Assembly: GCA_964526225.1 (NCBI GenBank)
Contig: CAZGLL010000006.1
Coordinates: forward strand, 1,328-65,327
DNA length: 64,000 nucleotides
Source of the DNA: an uncultured Desulfurococcales archaeon
GTDB taxonomy: Archaea; Thermoproteota; Thermoprotei_A; EX4484-217-1
Direction: 5' to 3'
The notes beneath the pieces were generated by a model. That model ran no database searches. It was given only the letters and a program-made list of their open reading frames with translations, and was not told the origin of the DNA. This document shows positions 21,184 through 29,595 of this stretch, one piece after another. The position numbers and the translations under genes were made by a program. Positions within the stretch are counted from its first letter, which is position 1. The number at the start of each line of letters is the position of its first letter.

Positions 21184-21239
21184 GGGTCAGTCGGTCCGTG
21201 AAATCATCACTTAATCAGCGGCGAATCCGCAATCATCCC
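21184..21239 (-). ncRNA. C/D box guide sRNA
   Basis: GGG-ATGATTG(C)-CGGATTCGCCG-CTGA(D')-TTAA-GTGATGA(C')-TTTCACGGACCGA-CTGA(D)-CCC with terminal stem. Confidence 0.8.
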
Positions 21240-21266
21240 TTAAGTTGCATTTATATTACGTGTTAT

Positions 21267-21719
21267 CTATATTTCTTCCTCTAATTCTTCTTCGACTAAT
21301 TCGATAGGTCTTGTACTAATGCCTTTTGTTGTGTCTATTACTAGCTTTTCAAGGTCTTTCTTAACGTTATCGTCAACGTATATTGTTACTAGGTAGACCC
21401 TTCTATCTATGTAGTCACTTTCAACCCATATGCTATCATAGGATATTATGTAAACTGGTATGTTGAATTTAGCATATCCATCAGGGCTTCTTTTTATACC
21501 GAACTTCATGAATCTTTGAACTTGCTCTCTTGTTAGGGGAAGTTTAAGTGCTACTTCATACTTATCCTTTATTATTATGAAATCTGAGAATTCTGGATCC
21601 CAAAGTTCAAGGGCTTTTGAAGCATACTTCTTTACGGCATCGTAAATGTTTTCTTCTTCAATAATGTTTTCCTCCACTATTTTCCCGTATTCCCCTCTAA
21701 GCACAAGTATTTTCTCCAT
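21267..21719 (-). CDS. Conserved crenarchaeal hypothetical protein (DUF2286-like)
   Basis: 150-aa ORF with normal codon usage and an acidic C-tail; resembles recalled crenarchaeal proteins (WDPEFSDFIIIK, LKLPL). Confidence 0.6.
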   Translation of the reverse strand: MEKILVLRGEYGKIVEENIIEEENIYDAVKKYASKALELWDPEFSDFIIIKDKYEVALKLPLTREQVQRFMKFGIKRSPDGYAKFNIPVYIISYDSIWVESDYIDRRVYLVTIYVDDNVKKDLEKLVIDTTKGISTRPIELVEEELEEEI

Positions 21720-21745
21720 AACTTAACCTACCCTTCTCGTTCATG

Positions 21746-22051
21746 TTACTTCTTAATTTTAGCTAATATTTCTTCCTTTGCCTTTTCCAAATCGGGTTTT
21801 AATTTCTCATTTAGAGGTATTTCACTAAGTACAAGTTCAACCTTACCGTCATCGTATTCAACAAAAACTTGAGGTAAAAATGTGAAACCATACTCATCCT
21901 TAGCTCCATAATGTGTTAGAAAAACGTAGTCCTCAAGCTTAATTTCGTAAGGCACTTTAAGTTCTTCTGAAAGTGTTTTGCAAAGTTTTTCAATAAATCT
22001 GTGTAATGGATGTGTTTTACTTGATACAGCAATTACTTTACTTATGCCCAT
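21746..22051 (-). CDS. Conserved crenarchaeal thioredoxin-like-fold hypothetical protein
   Basis: HPLHR...EDYVFLTHYGAKDEYGFTFLPQVFVE; ATG 22051 preceded by GGTG. Confidence 0.65.
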   Translation of the reverse strand: MGISKVIAVSSKTHPLHRFIEKLCKTLSEELKVPYEIKLEDYVFLTHYGAKDEYGFTFLPQVFVEYDDGKVELVLSEIPLNEKLKPDLEKAKEEILAKIKK

Positions 22052-22127
22052 AGCTTGAAACACCACTTACTTAGGGACATGGAATAACATGCTAGTATTA
22101 AAACATTTCCCAAGCATAGAGAAGGAA

Positions 22128-22189
22128 GGGGGTCAGAAACATCCTATTAATCATTGCTCACTCATATCCCGGATTCCTCATCATACCCC
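22128..22189 (-). ncRNA. C/D box guide sRNA
   Basis: GGGGT-ATGATGA(C)-GGAATCCGGGAT-ATGA(D')-GTGAGC-AATGATT(C')-AATAGGATGTTT-CTGA(D)-CCCC with terminal stem. Confidence 0.85.
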
Positions 22190-22266
22190 GCTATTTCTCT
22201 TAGGCACAATCTGTTTTAAACAGTTTTCCAAATATAATTTAAGGCTGGAAATGTGGTGGGGGAGAT

Positions 22267-23121
22267 ATGGTTAGAATACGTTTCGGACCCGCAGGTAAAC
22301 CTGTCACATATAAGGGTTCAACAATAGGGATACCTAGGTTCTTACACGAAATAGGGCTTGACGCGTTCGAATACGAAGCTGTTAGAGGTGTTAGAATAAA
22401 GGAGGATCAAGCGAAAAAGCTAGGTGAGGAAGCTGAAAAATACGATGTAAAACTTTCGCTTCACGCTCCATACTTCATAAACTTATCAGCTTTAAAGGAG
22501 GAAACAATACGTAAAAGCAAACTGAGGTTGATTGAAGCAGCTAAAGCCGCTTCGTGGATGAAAGCATACATAGTTGTTTTCCATCCGGGGTACTATCTTA
22601 AACAAACAGAAAAGGAAGCACTAAAAAAGGCTACTAAAGCGCTTAAAGAAGTTGAAGAAGAACTAAGAAACCAAGGTATAAAAGATGTCCTTTTAGGTGC
22701 TGAAACAACAGGGAAAAAATCTGAACTAGGTAGCTTAGAAGAAGTAGTAAAAATGTCTCAAGAAGTAGATATTGTAGTTCCAGTTATTGACTGGGCACAC
22801 ATACATGCTAGATCGGTAGGGTCTTTTATAACAACTGTAGACGACGTCATCAAGGTTATTGAGTACGTTGAGAAAAATGTTGGAGAAAAAGCTCTTAAAC
22901 CAATGCATATGCATTTTTCAAAAATAATGTTTAAAGAATATGGCGAAAAAGAACATGTTGTTCTCTCAGACAAAAACTACGGACCCGATTTCGAAATAGT
23001 ATGTGAAGGAATACTCGAAGTAGGTATAGACGCAGTAATAATATCAGAAAGCCCCATTCTTGAGCAAGACGCATTACTTATGAAGAAAATATGTAGTGAA
23101 ATCATGAATAGGAGGAAATAG
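22267..23121 (+). CDS. nfo: Endonuclease IV (AP endonuclease family 2)
   Basis: RFGPAG, HAPYFINL, FHPG, ETTGKKSELGSLEE, DWAH, HMHFS. Confidence 0.92.
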   Translation: MVRIRFGPAGKPVTYKGSTIGIPRFLHEIGLDAFEYEAVRGVRIKEDQAKKLGEEAEKYDVKLSLHAPYFINLSALKEETIRKSKLRLIEAAKAASWMKAYIVVFHPGYYLKQTEKEALKKATKALKEVEEELRNQGIKDVLLGAETTGKKSELGSLEEVVKMSQEVDIVVPVIDWAHIHARSVGSFITTVDDVIKVIEYVEKNVGEKALKPMHMHFSKIMFKEYGEKEHVVLSDKNYGPDFEIVCEGILEVGIDAVIISESPILEQDALLMKKICSEIMNRRK

Positions 23122-23122
23122 C

Positions 23123-23704
23123 TTGCTAACTAAACTAAGAGAAGTCGTTGCTGAGAAAATAACCTATCCTATTGCTAGGAAAATAGCTGCACTAAATATT
23201 TCACCAAATACCATAACGGTAGTAGGATTCGTAATATCAACAACATATCTTCCCTTAATAGCATATGGAAAACCATTACTAGCATTGTTTGTCATCGCCC
23301 TTTCAGGAAGCATGGACATCTTAGATGGAGCAGTAGCAAAAATTACGGGTAAAACATCAAAGCTAGGATCGTTTCTTGATTCAACACTTGATAGAATTGA
23401 AGACATCATATTTATTTTCGGGCTGAGATTTCTCAAAATAGATGAGTTGCTCATATACTCTTTCTTAGCATTATCATTAATGATAAGCTATATGCGTGCT
23501 AAAGGGGAATCCTTGGGCTTAAAAGTTGAGGGAAGAGGTATTGTTGAAAGAGCTGAAAGAATTATTCTAATAATGACAATAATACTGTTTTCAATGATAT
23601 CGTTCAATATAGCATTAGCGATAATGTACTTAGCTGTAATTTTAAGTTTAATTTCGTTTATTCAAAGATTTTACTTTATAACTAAGTTTCTAAGACGAGA
23701 ATAA
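23123..23704 (+). CDS. CDP-alcohol phosphatidyltransferase (archaetidylinositol phosphate synthase-like)
   Basis: SPNTIT and D-x2-DG-x2-A-x7-G-x3-D-x3-D (MDILDGAVAKITGKTSKLGSFLDSTLD), SYMRAKGE. Confidence 0.9.
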   Translation: MLTKLREVVAEKITYPIARKIAALNISPNTITVVGFVISTTYLPLIAYGKPLLALFVIALSGSMDILDGAVAKITGKTSKLGSFLDSTLDRIEDIIFIFGLRFLKIDELLIYSFLALSLMISYMRAKGESLGLKVEGRGIVERAERIILIMTIILFSMISFNIALAIMYLAVILSLISFIQRFYFITKFLRRE

Positions 23705-24261
23705 ATGAAATACACAAGAAAAACTATTGTGTGGGAAGCAAGATAGCTTCTCCAACCAACACTTACATTCAAAACATTAGATGCTAAATCAGATATTTCC
23801 TTAAAGAAGTCTTTAGGTACATCACGATGCCCTCCAAAGAGAACTATGATCTTATGTGGCATCTCACGTAACAGTTTGGTTTTATCAACTTTACATATGT
23901 CTACACCGTTCTCCGTTAAGTGAAGCACAAGATTATCTTTAACGTGTTGAAGCACTTCTTCTAAACAGGTCTTGACAAGCCCTTCATGCTTTATAAGATA
24001 AAGTAGAAGGGTGTATTCGTTCCGAACATGTACTTTAGGGATATGCTCAATATTTATTCGAAAAACCTTGTATTCTGCTTTTTCACGAAAGACAACATAA
24101 ACCATGTTGTTTATAATGTCCCCAATAGAAGATTTCTTCAGCCAGATGAGTTCTAGAACGGTTCTAGCTACAATATCGAATCTTCTTGAATCAGATGAGT
24201 ACGATTTAAAAGAGAAGTTTAAATTGTAGCTTTTATCATCAGCAATTATTGGTGTGATCAT
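23671..24261 (-). CDS. Divergent SPOUT methyltransferase, TrmY-like
   Basis: RRFDIVAR, LHLTENG, LFGGHRD, SVGWRSYLASHTI resemble TrmY knot motifs. Confidence 0.65.
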   Translation of the reverse strand: MITPIIADDKSYNLNFSFKSYSSDSRRFDIVARTVLELIWLKKSSIGDIINNMVYVVFREKAEYKVFRINIEHIPKVHVRNEYTLLLYLIKHEGLVKTCLEEVLQHVKDNLVLHLTENGVDICKVDKTKLLREMPHKIIVLFGGHRDVPKDFFKEISDLASNVLNVSVGWRSYLASHTIVFLVYFIYSRLRNLVIK

Positions 24262-24262
24262 T

Positions 24263-24553
24263 TTATATTTGTACAGATGGTTTTTTCTTTCTCTCCTCTT
24301 CAGCTCTTACCTTAACTATACCTAAATATATTGCACATGAAACACAATAATACTTCTTTATAGGGTATCTCATAATTATTGCTCCTTTCTTCTCAAGCTC
24401 TCTAGCTAATTGCGGATCAACAGGACTATACCATCTAGTAACAACTATTGCCTTATCTTCAGGAACCCATCTACCGCATGAATCACACTGTACAAGCTCT
24501 ACTCTCCCTTTAGCTCCCTTAGCTCTACCTCGACTCTTCCTCTTCTTAGGCAT
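24263..24553 (-). CDS. rps26e: 30S ribosomal protein S26e
   Basis: MPKKRKSRGR...CDSCGRWVPEDKA...YCVSCAI. Confidence 0.96.
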   Translation of the reverse strand: MPKKRKSRGRAKGAKGRVELVQCDSCGRWVPEDKAIVVTRWYSPVDPQLARELEKKGAIIMRYPIKKYYCVSCAIYLGIVKVRAEEERKKKPSVQI

Positions 24554-24624
24554 TTTCTACCCCAGAATTCTTGCTAAAGTTTCTACTGCAACAACGCATT
24601 TTTATATTTTATCTACCCGAATAG

Positions 24625-26079
24625 CTAATATGTTTTAGCTAAACGTATTTTCGTTTTTGCCCCTTTTTCACAAACAGGACACTTCGCACCTTCTACATTA
24701 ACTTCTTCTAAGAAGTTCACAGGGGAACCTAGTGTTTTTGCTTCCAACACTTCTTCAAGACGTAAACCGCATTCCTCCATGCCGCACCATGGAAGCTCGA
24801 CTATTCCCTTATTTTCCTTTAAAATGTTCCTTGCTTCATCAATTGTTTCTGCTTCTCTGACTTTATCTTTAAACCAACTCCAAGCTCTCTTCTTAAGCTT
24901 CTCCTCGAAAAGTACCATAGCGTTTAGAATTTCATTTACTAAATGCTCTAACTTAACAATTTTTCTAACTCTATCTATTCTATCAACTAGTGTAACTGTT
25001 TTATCTTTAACTTCTCTTTTCCCTATTTCCAATCGTAAAGGAACACCTCTCATTTCCCAGTCGTAGAATTTGTAGCCAGGAGTTACGTCTTCGCGAGTAT
25101 CCACTTCTACACGTATACCTTCTTTCCTAAGATCTTCAACAATTTTCTCAGCATAGTTTAGAACTTCCCTCTTGATTTCGGGAGTAAATATCGGGATAAC
25201 AATCACTTGTATAGGGGCGAATTTTGGAGGCAAAATAAGTCCTAAGTCGTCACCATGAATTGATATTAGAGCAGCAATAACTCTTTCAGAAATACCGTAA
25301 GATGTTTGCCATCCATAATCAACTGTTTCATCGGCTAACTGTATTCTTACTTCGAAGACTTTGGTGAAGTTTTGCCCTAAATTATGCACTGTACCTATCT
25401 GTAAAACCTTGCCATCAGGCATTACAGTATCAAAGGCTATAGTGTAAAGTGCTCCAGCAAACTTATCCCAATCAGGTCTCTTGGAAACAATGAAAGGTAT
25501 GCCTAGGGTTTCAAAGAATTTCCTATAAATATTTACTGCCTCAATAACCTGTTTCTCAGCTGATTCGAAGGATTCATGAAGAGTATGGGCTTCTTTAAAC
25601 GTAGTTACTTCCCTAACTCTTATCATAGGACGTGTTGCTTTAGTTTCATATCTAAAAATACTCACTACCTGATATAGCTTCTTAGGTAATTGCTTATACG
25701 ATTTAAACCAGTAGCTTTCATAGAGAGAAATTACTGTTTCACTTGTAGGTCTCAATGCAAGTTTTACATCAAGGTCTTCCTGACCACCCTTGGTAACCCA
25801 ATATACTTCACCTCTAAATCCCTTAATATGCTCCTTCTCCTTAGATAAGAGATCTTCAGGTATTAGGAGAGGCATAAGAATTTCTTCATGGCCTGTTTCG
25901 TCCAGAAGCTTTCTCATGGTCTCAATAACATACTTTCTAATTTTGAAACCATACGGTAACCAGACTCCACATCCTTTAACAGGATATCTTCCGTAATCGT
26001 AGATTTCCGCTTGCTCAATAATGTTGTCAAACCATCTCGGAAATGTTTGTCCTTCCTTTTTAACCCTCGTTTTCATCAT
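24625..26079 (-). CDS. proS: Prolyl-tRNA synthetase (archaeal type)
   Basis: [33 protein letters not shown]-terminal zinc site, AKTY terminus. Confidence 0.97.
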   Translation of the reverse strand: MMKTRVKKEGQTFPRWFDNIIEQAEIYDYGRYPVKGCGVWLPYGFKIRKYVIETMRKLLDETGHEEILMPLLIPEDLLSKEKEHIKGFRGEVYWVTKGGQEDLDVKLALRPTSETVISLYESYWFKSYKQLPKKLYQVVSIFRYETKATRPMIRVREVTTFKEAHTLHESFESAEKQVIEAVNIYRKFFETLGIPFIVSKRPDWDKFAGALYTIAFDTVMPDGKVLQIGTVHNLGQNFTKVFEVRIQLADETVDYGWQTSYGISERVIAALISIHGDDLGLILPPKFAPIQVIVIPIFTPEIKREVLNYAEKIVEDLRKEGIRVEVDTREDVTPGYKFYDWEMRGVPLRLEIGKREVKDKTVTLVDRIDRVRKIVKLEHLVNEILNAMVLFEEKLKKRAWSWFKDKVREAETIDEARNILKENKGIVELPWCGMEECGLRLEEVLEAKTLGSPVNFLEEVNVEGAKCPVCEKGAKTKIRLAKTY

Positions 26080-26137
26080 GTTAAACCCACATCCTCTAAC
26101 GCACTTACATTATAATGTTTCATAAAGTAAAGCGTTT

Positions 26138-26926
26138 TTAATGCTTTAATATTTTTCTTGCATAGACAATGTAGCCTGTATGAACAATAGCCCACGTATT
26201 TGGCCTTACCTCTCCAGGAACAGTTTTGTACTGACGAACCATAGTATCGAATGCTTTAATGCTTACAAAACCCTTATGCTCTCTAAGCTTAGCTATTGTC
26301 TTAGATAGCTGCTCTATTGTAGGTATAAAAATAACTAAAGATCCTGCGGGTTTCAGAGCTTCATAAGCAACATCTATAAGCTCCCAAGGCGTTGGTAAGT
26401 CGTAAAACACTGCATCAACATTCCTTTCATCTATACTGTCTCTAACGTCCTTATTCTTGAATACAACATAGTCTTTTAAACCAGCAAGCTCAACATTTCT
26501 CATAGCTACTTCAAGAAATTCCTTTCTAACTTCGTAAGTGTAAACTTTACCGTTAGGCTTAACGAAATTAGCAAGAGTTGCTGTTAACACGCCACTTCCA
26601 GTTCCTGCCTCAACAACTATAGATCCAGATGATATTCCTGAAATAAAAACTATGAATGAGAGATCCTTAGGGTAAATTATTTGCGTTATTCTTCTAAATT
26701 TCTCAATATAATCTGATAGTAGAGGCTTGAGAATGTACACTTTAAATCCAAGATTTGTTTTAACAAATGAACCGTAAGGCTTCCCTATTACATCGCTGAA
26801 CATTACATAGCCTTTATCACTATCTAGCCTTCCACCACTCCTTACCTTAACAAGGAACTTCCTGTTCTCATCAAAATATAGTAGTACTATGTCGCCCTCC
26901 TTAACGATGTCACACATTTCTTCCAT
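26138..26926 (-). CDS. trmI: tRNA (adenine57/58-N1)-methyltransferase
   Basis: TQIIYPKD, VEAGTGSGVLT, YDLPTPW, HTGYIV. Confidence 0.94.
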   Translation of the reverse strand: MEEMCDIVKEGDIVLLYFDENRKFLVKVRSGGRLDSDKGYVMFSDVIGKPYGSFVKTNLGFKVYILKPLLSDYIEKFRRITQIIYPKDLSFIVFISGISSGSIVVEAGTGSGVLTATLANFVKPNGKVYTYEVRKEFLEVAMRNVELAGLKDYVVFKNKDVRDSIDERNVDAVFYDLPTPWELIDVAYEALKPAGSLVIFIPTIEQLSKTIAKLREHKGFVSIKAFDTMVRQYKTVPGEVRPNTWAIVHTGYIVYARKILKH

Positions 26927-26932
26927 CCTTAC

Positions 26933-26989
26933 GGCTCAGCTCTGGTGTCACACATCACCAACTCAGTATTACCAACCTTCCTCATAGCC
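26933..26989 (-). ncRNA. C/D box guide sRNA immediately upstream of trmI
   Basis: GGCT-ATGAGGA(C)-AGGTTGGTAATA-CTGA(D')-GTTG-GTGATGT(C')-GTGACACCAGAG-CTGA(D)-GCC with terminal stem. Confidence 0.82.
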
Positions 26990-27086
26990 ACTAGTATGAT
27001 TTAGAAATAGTCCTATATAAGTTGAGTTTAAAAACACTTTAATGAGTAAATTATTGGACTAAAGGAAGCAGCAGGGTGAAAAAAGA

Positions 27087-27521
27087 ATGGAATATCTTAT
27101 GTCGATTAAGCCTAAGTTCGCATATCAAATATTTACTGGGAAGAAGAAATTTGAGCTTAGAAGATATGTAGGTGTAGATATCAAGGAAGGATCAAAAATA
27201 ATACTCTACGTTTCAGGAAATGTAAGAGCAATAATGGGAGAATTTACCGTAGGAAGAGTGATTAAGGGTTCAGCACTTTATGTATGGAATAAGGCATTAG
27301 AGTATGGAGATGTAGGCCTAGATGAGGATGATTGGCCATACATTAAGGGGTCAAAAATAGCGTTAGCCATCGAAGTGCGTGAACCTAAAGTGTATAGAAG
27401 ATCTCTTATACTTAGCGAAATAAGGAAAATAATACCTAACTTCATGCCTCCACTAAGCTATAGAGTACTTTACATGAATGAACCATTACATATGATTATA
27501 GAAAAACTTAGAACCCTTTAA
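27087..27521 (+). CDS. ASCH/PUA-like domain protein
   Basis: LMSIKPKFAYQIFTGKKKFELRR...ILYVS...IMGEF. Confidence 0.82.
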   Translation: MEYLMSIKPKFAYQIFTGKKKFELRRYVGVDIKEGSKIILYVSGNVRAIMGEFTVGRVIKGSALYVWNKALEYGDVGLDEDDWPYIKGSKIALAIEVREPKVYRRSLILSEIRKIIPNFMPPLSYRVLYMNEPLHMIIEKLRTL

Positions 27522-27553
27522 ACTCAAGTTTTCAAAAAACCAACCAGATTAAC

Positions 27554-27751
27554 TTAAATAGGTATCTTCGACCTCTTCGCTCTAAACCCTGAGAATAAGT
27601 ATTCTTCTCCTCTAAGCCATAGCTCCTTCCTTAACAAGTCTCTTACAGCTATCCTTATTACTTCACTTCGTGACGAATACCTTCCTATCTTAACTAATTC
27701 ATCAAGTCCTTCAATGTATGTTTCAGGCATTTTAACTGTAACAAGCCTCAC
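27554..27751 (-). CDS. Ribbon-helix-helix (CopG-type) regulator
   Basis: MRLVTVKMP...LDELVKIGRYSSRSEVIRIAVRDLL. Confidence 0.88.
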   Translation of the reverse strand: MRLVTVKMPETYIEGLDELVKIGRYSSRSEVIRIAVRDLLRKELWLRGEEYLFSGFRAKRSKIPI

Positions 27752-27891
27752 AGTAACTCACCGTTAGCTATCCTTGGTATCTATTTGCTTTTAAAACCTA
27801 ACTATCAGTAATACTGAAACGTAATACTGGCAATAATATAGTCTTATATAGCACTGTGAATATTATAACGGAGAGAGGGAGGGAAGAATAG

Positions 27892-28212
27892 ATGGGTGGA
27901 GTTCATAAGAAACCCATTTCAGCTATGGAGAAAAGAACTAGAAGAATGTTAGAGGAGAAGAAGAAAACGCAGTCCAAACCGCTATCTGAAACTGAAAAGA
28001 GAGAACGCTCAGTAATAGTAACTCCTGAATTATATAAGGCTGTTGAAAAGGAAATAAGAAATTACAAAGTAATAACACCATATCTGATAATGTCTAAATT
28101 CGACATAACATATGGGAATGCGAAACGTGTGCTTAGCCAATTAGCCAAAAAAGGTATAATTAGAGAAGTTTCCAGGAACAGAAGAGTAATAGTCTATTTA
28201 CCTGCTGCTTAA
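27892..28212 (+). CDS. rps25e: 30S ribosomal protein S25e
   Basis: MGGVHKKPISAMEK...VITPY...AKRVLSQL winged helix. Confidence 0.9.
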   Translation: MGGVHKKPISAMEKRTRRMLEEKKKTQSKPLSETEKRERSVIVTPELYKAVEKEIRNYKVITPYLIMSKFDITYGNAKRVLSQLAKKGIIREVSRNRRVIVYLPAA

Positions 28213-28262
28213 ATTCCAAAAATAGTTTTAAGAGATAAAGTAATATATTCGGAATTTTAAAC

Positions 28263-28634
28263 CTACACTTCTATGTTTAAGAAGTCAGGAATAGTCTCAA
28301 TATTTAGTATGGGAATAGCTACCCATCCGGGTCTTGTTCCTTCAGAGAGTTCCACTTTCTCCCCTGCTTCATCACTCCTTATTAGGATGTAGTTTTTACC
28401 GCTATGCTTCAATACATCATTGACAACGCAGTAGTATAGTAACGGTAATCCATAGTACTTGTAATAGTCACGAAAGACCGCTAATAACCCATAAACCACT
28501 TTATTTTCTTTCCTAAACCTGATAACGTAAGGTGCTTGTCCTAAACTAGCAAGTGACATTGCAAACCGTGCTATATCGTTTAATGAGGAAACTTTTATGC
28601 CAACAACTTTTTCGATACTGTATTTTTCTTCCAT
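28263..28634 (-). CDS. Conserved crenarchaeal hypothetical protein
   Basis: IKVSSLNDIARFA...FRDYYKYYGLPLLYY...IPILNI; ATG at 28634. Confidence 0.65.
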   Translation of the reverse strand: MEEKYSIEKVVGIKVSSLNDIARFAMSLASLGQAPYVIRFRKENKVVYGLLAVFRDYYKYYGLPLLYYCVVNDVLKHSGKNYILIRSDEAGEKVELSEGTRPGWVAIPILNIETIPDFLNIEV

Positions 28635-28729
28635 TAAGAAACACCTACAAACCATAATTGTTTAGGCTTCTAAGTTGTAGTAGGACTTAAAATAAATTTC
28701 TTTTAAGAAGAATTAAAATATTTGCTTAC

Positions 28730-29578
28730 CTATCTTCCATACTTCATAATTTTTGCTAATTCCCTGTATGCTTCGGCTAAGACATTATTGCTAACGCTAC
28801 TTAAATTAACGACATCCATATCGCTATAGACGTTATTAAGATCCCAATATATTATTTTCTCCTCACTAACTGCTTCCTTCATTATTCCGGCAGGTGAAAC
28901 TATAAGAGATGGTGTGGTATAGAACACTTCCCCATGGTACTCAACGATTCCTCCGCATAAAATAACAGGAGATGATGTTTCTATAGCCCTAGCTAAAGCC
29001 AATGATTTAACAAGTAAGTGAGAATCTCCTTTTCTAAGTCTCCTCTTAAAGAATGCTACAAAAAACTCTGCACCCCACGCTTTTTGTAGCTTAGCATACT
29101 CAGGTGCTAATAGATCAGTATCTATAAGAACACCTACACCATGTTTCTGAACCGTTAAGTCATTATTCTGAACCCTGCCAGGCGAAAGACCTAATGCTGC
29201 TTCCTCTTTAGAAATAGTTACTTTTCTAACCTTGCCCTTAATTCTACCATCTGGAGTTATAAGCAAAGAGGTCATGAAAAGTTTTGGTCCAGCTCTTTCA
29301 AGAATTCCTCCAACCATAATGTATATCGCATGTTCCTCAGCTATTTTAACGAGAGATTCAATAGCGTTTGAAGGTATTCGTCCAGCGTAGCTCCTAACTA
29401 TAGCCTTTATTCTATTGAGTTGATAAATCCCTATTAAATCTGAAATGTTCATTAGCGGAGATATGCAAAGTAATGTAGCATCTCTTCTACGGGCTTCATC
29501 AGCAGCATTGTTCACTTTTACAGTGTTGTACCTTCTAGCTAAAATCTTGTTTCTGTAATGGTAAACAGCTATTTTCAC
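28730..29578 (-). CDS. Carbon-nitrogen hydrolase (nitrilase)-fold protein with a degenerate active site
   Basis: Fold motifs (IYIMVGGILER, GKVRK, GVLIDTDL) are present, but the catalytic Cys position reads Asp and the usual PE Glu is absent. Confidence 0.7.
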   Translation of the reverse strand: MKIAVYHYRNKILARRYNTVKVNNAADEARRRDATLLCISPLMNISDLIGIYQLNRIKAIVRSYAGRIPSNAIESLVKIAEEHAIYIMVGGILERAGPKLFMTSLLITPDGRIKGKVRKVTISKEEAALGLSPGRVQNNDLTVQKHGVGVLIDTDLLAPEYAKLQKAWGAEFFVAFFKRRLRKGDSHLLVKSLALARAIETSSPVILCGGIVEYHGEVFYTTPSLIVSPAGIMKEAVSEEKIIYWDLNNVYSDMDVVNLSSVSNNVLAEAYRELAKIMKYGR

Positions 29579-29595
29579 TTAACACACCCCTTCTC

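Noticed and set aside
22089-22274. 61-aa plus-strand ORF
   Set aside because: The region is better explained by the minus-strand C/D sRNA and the nfo leader.
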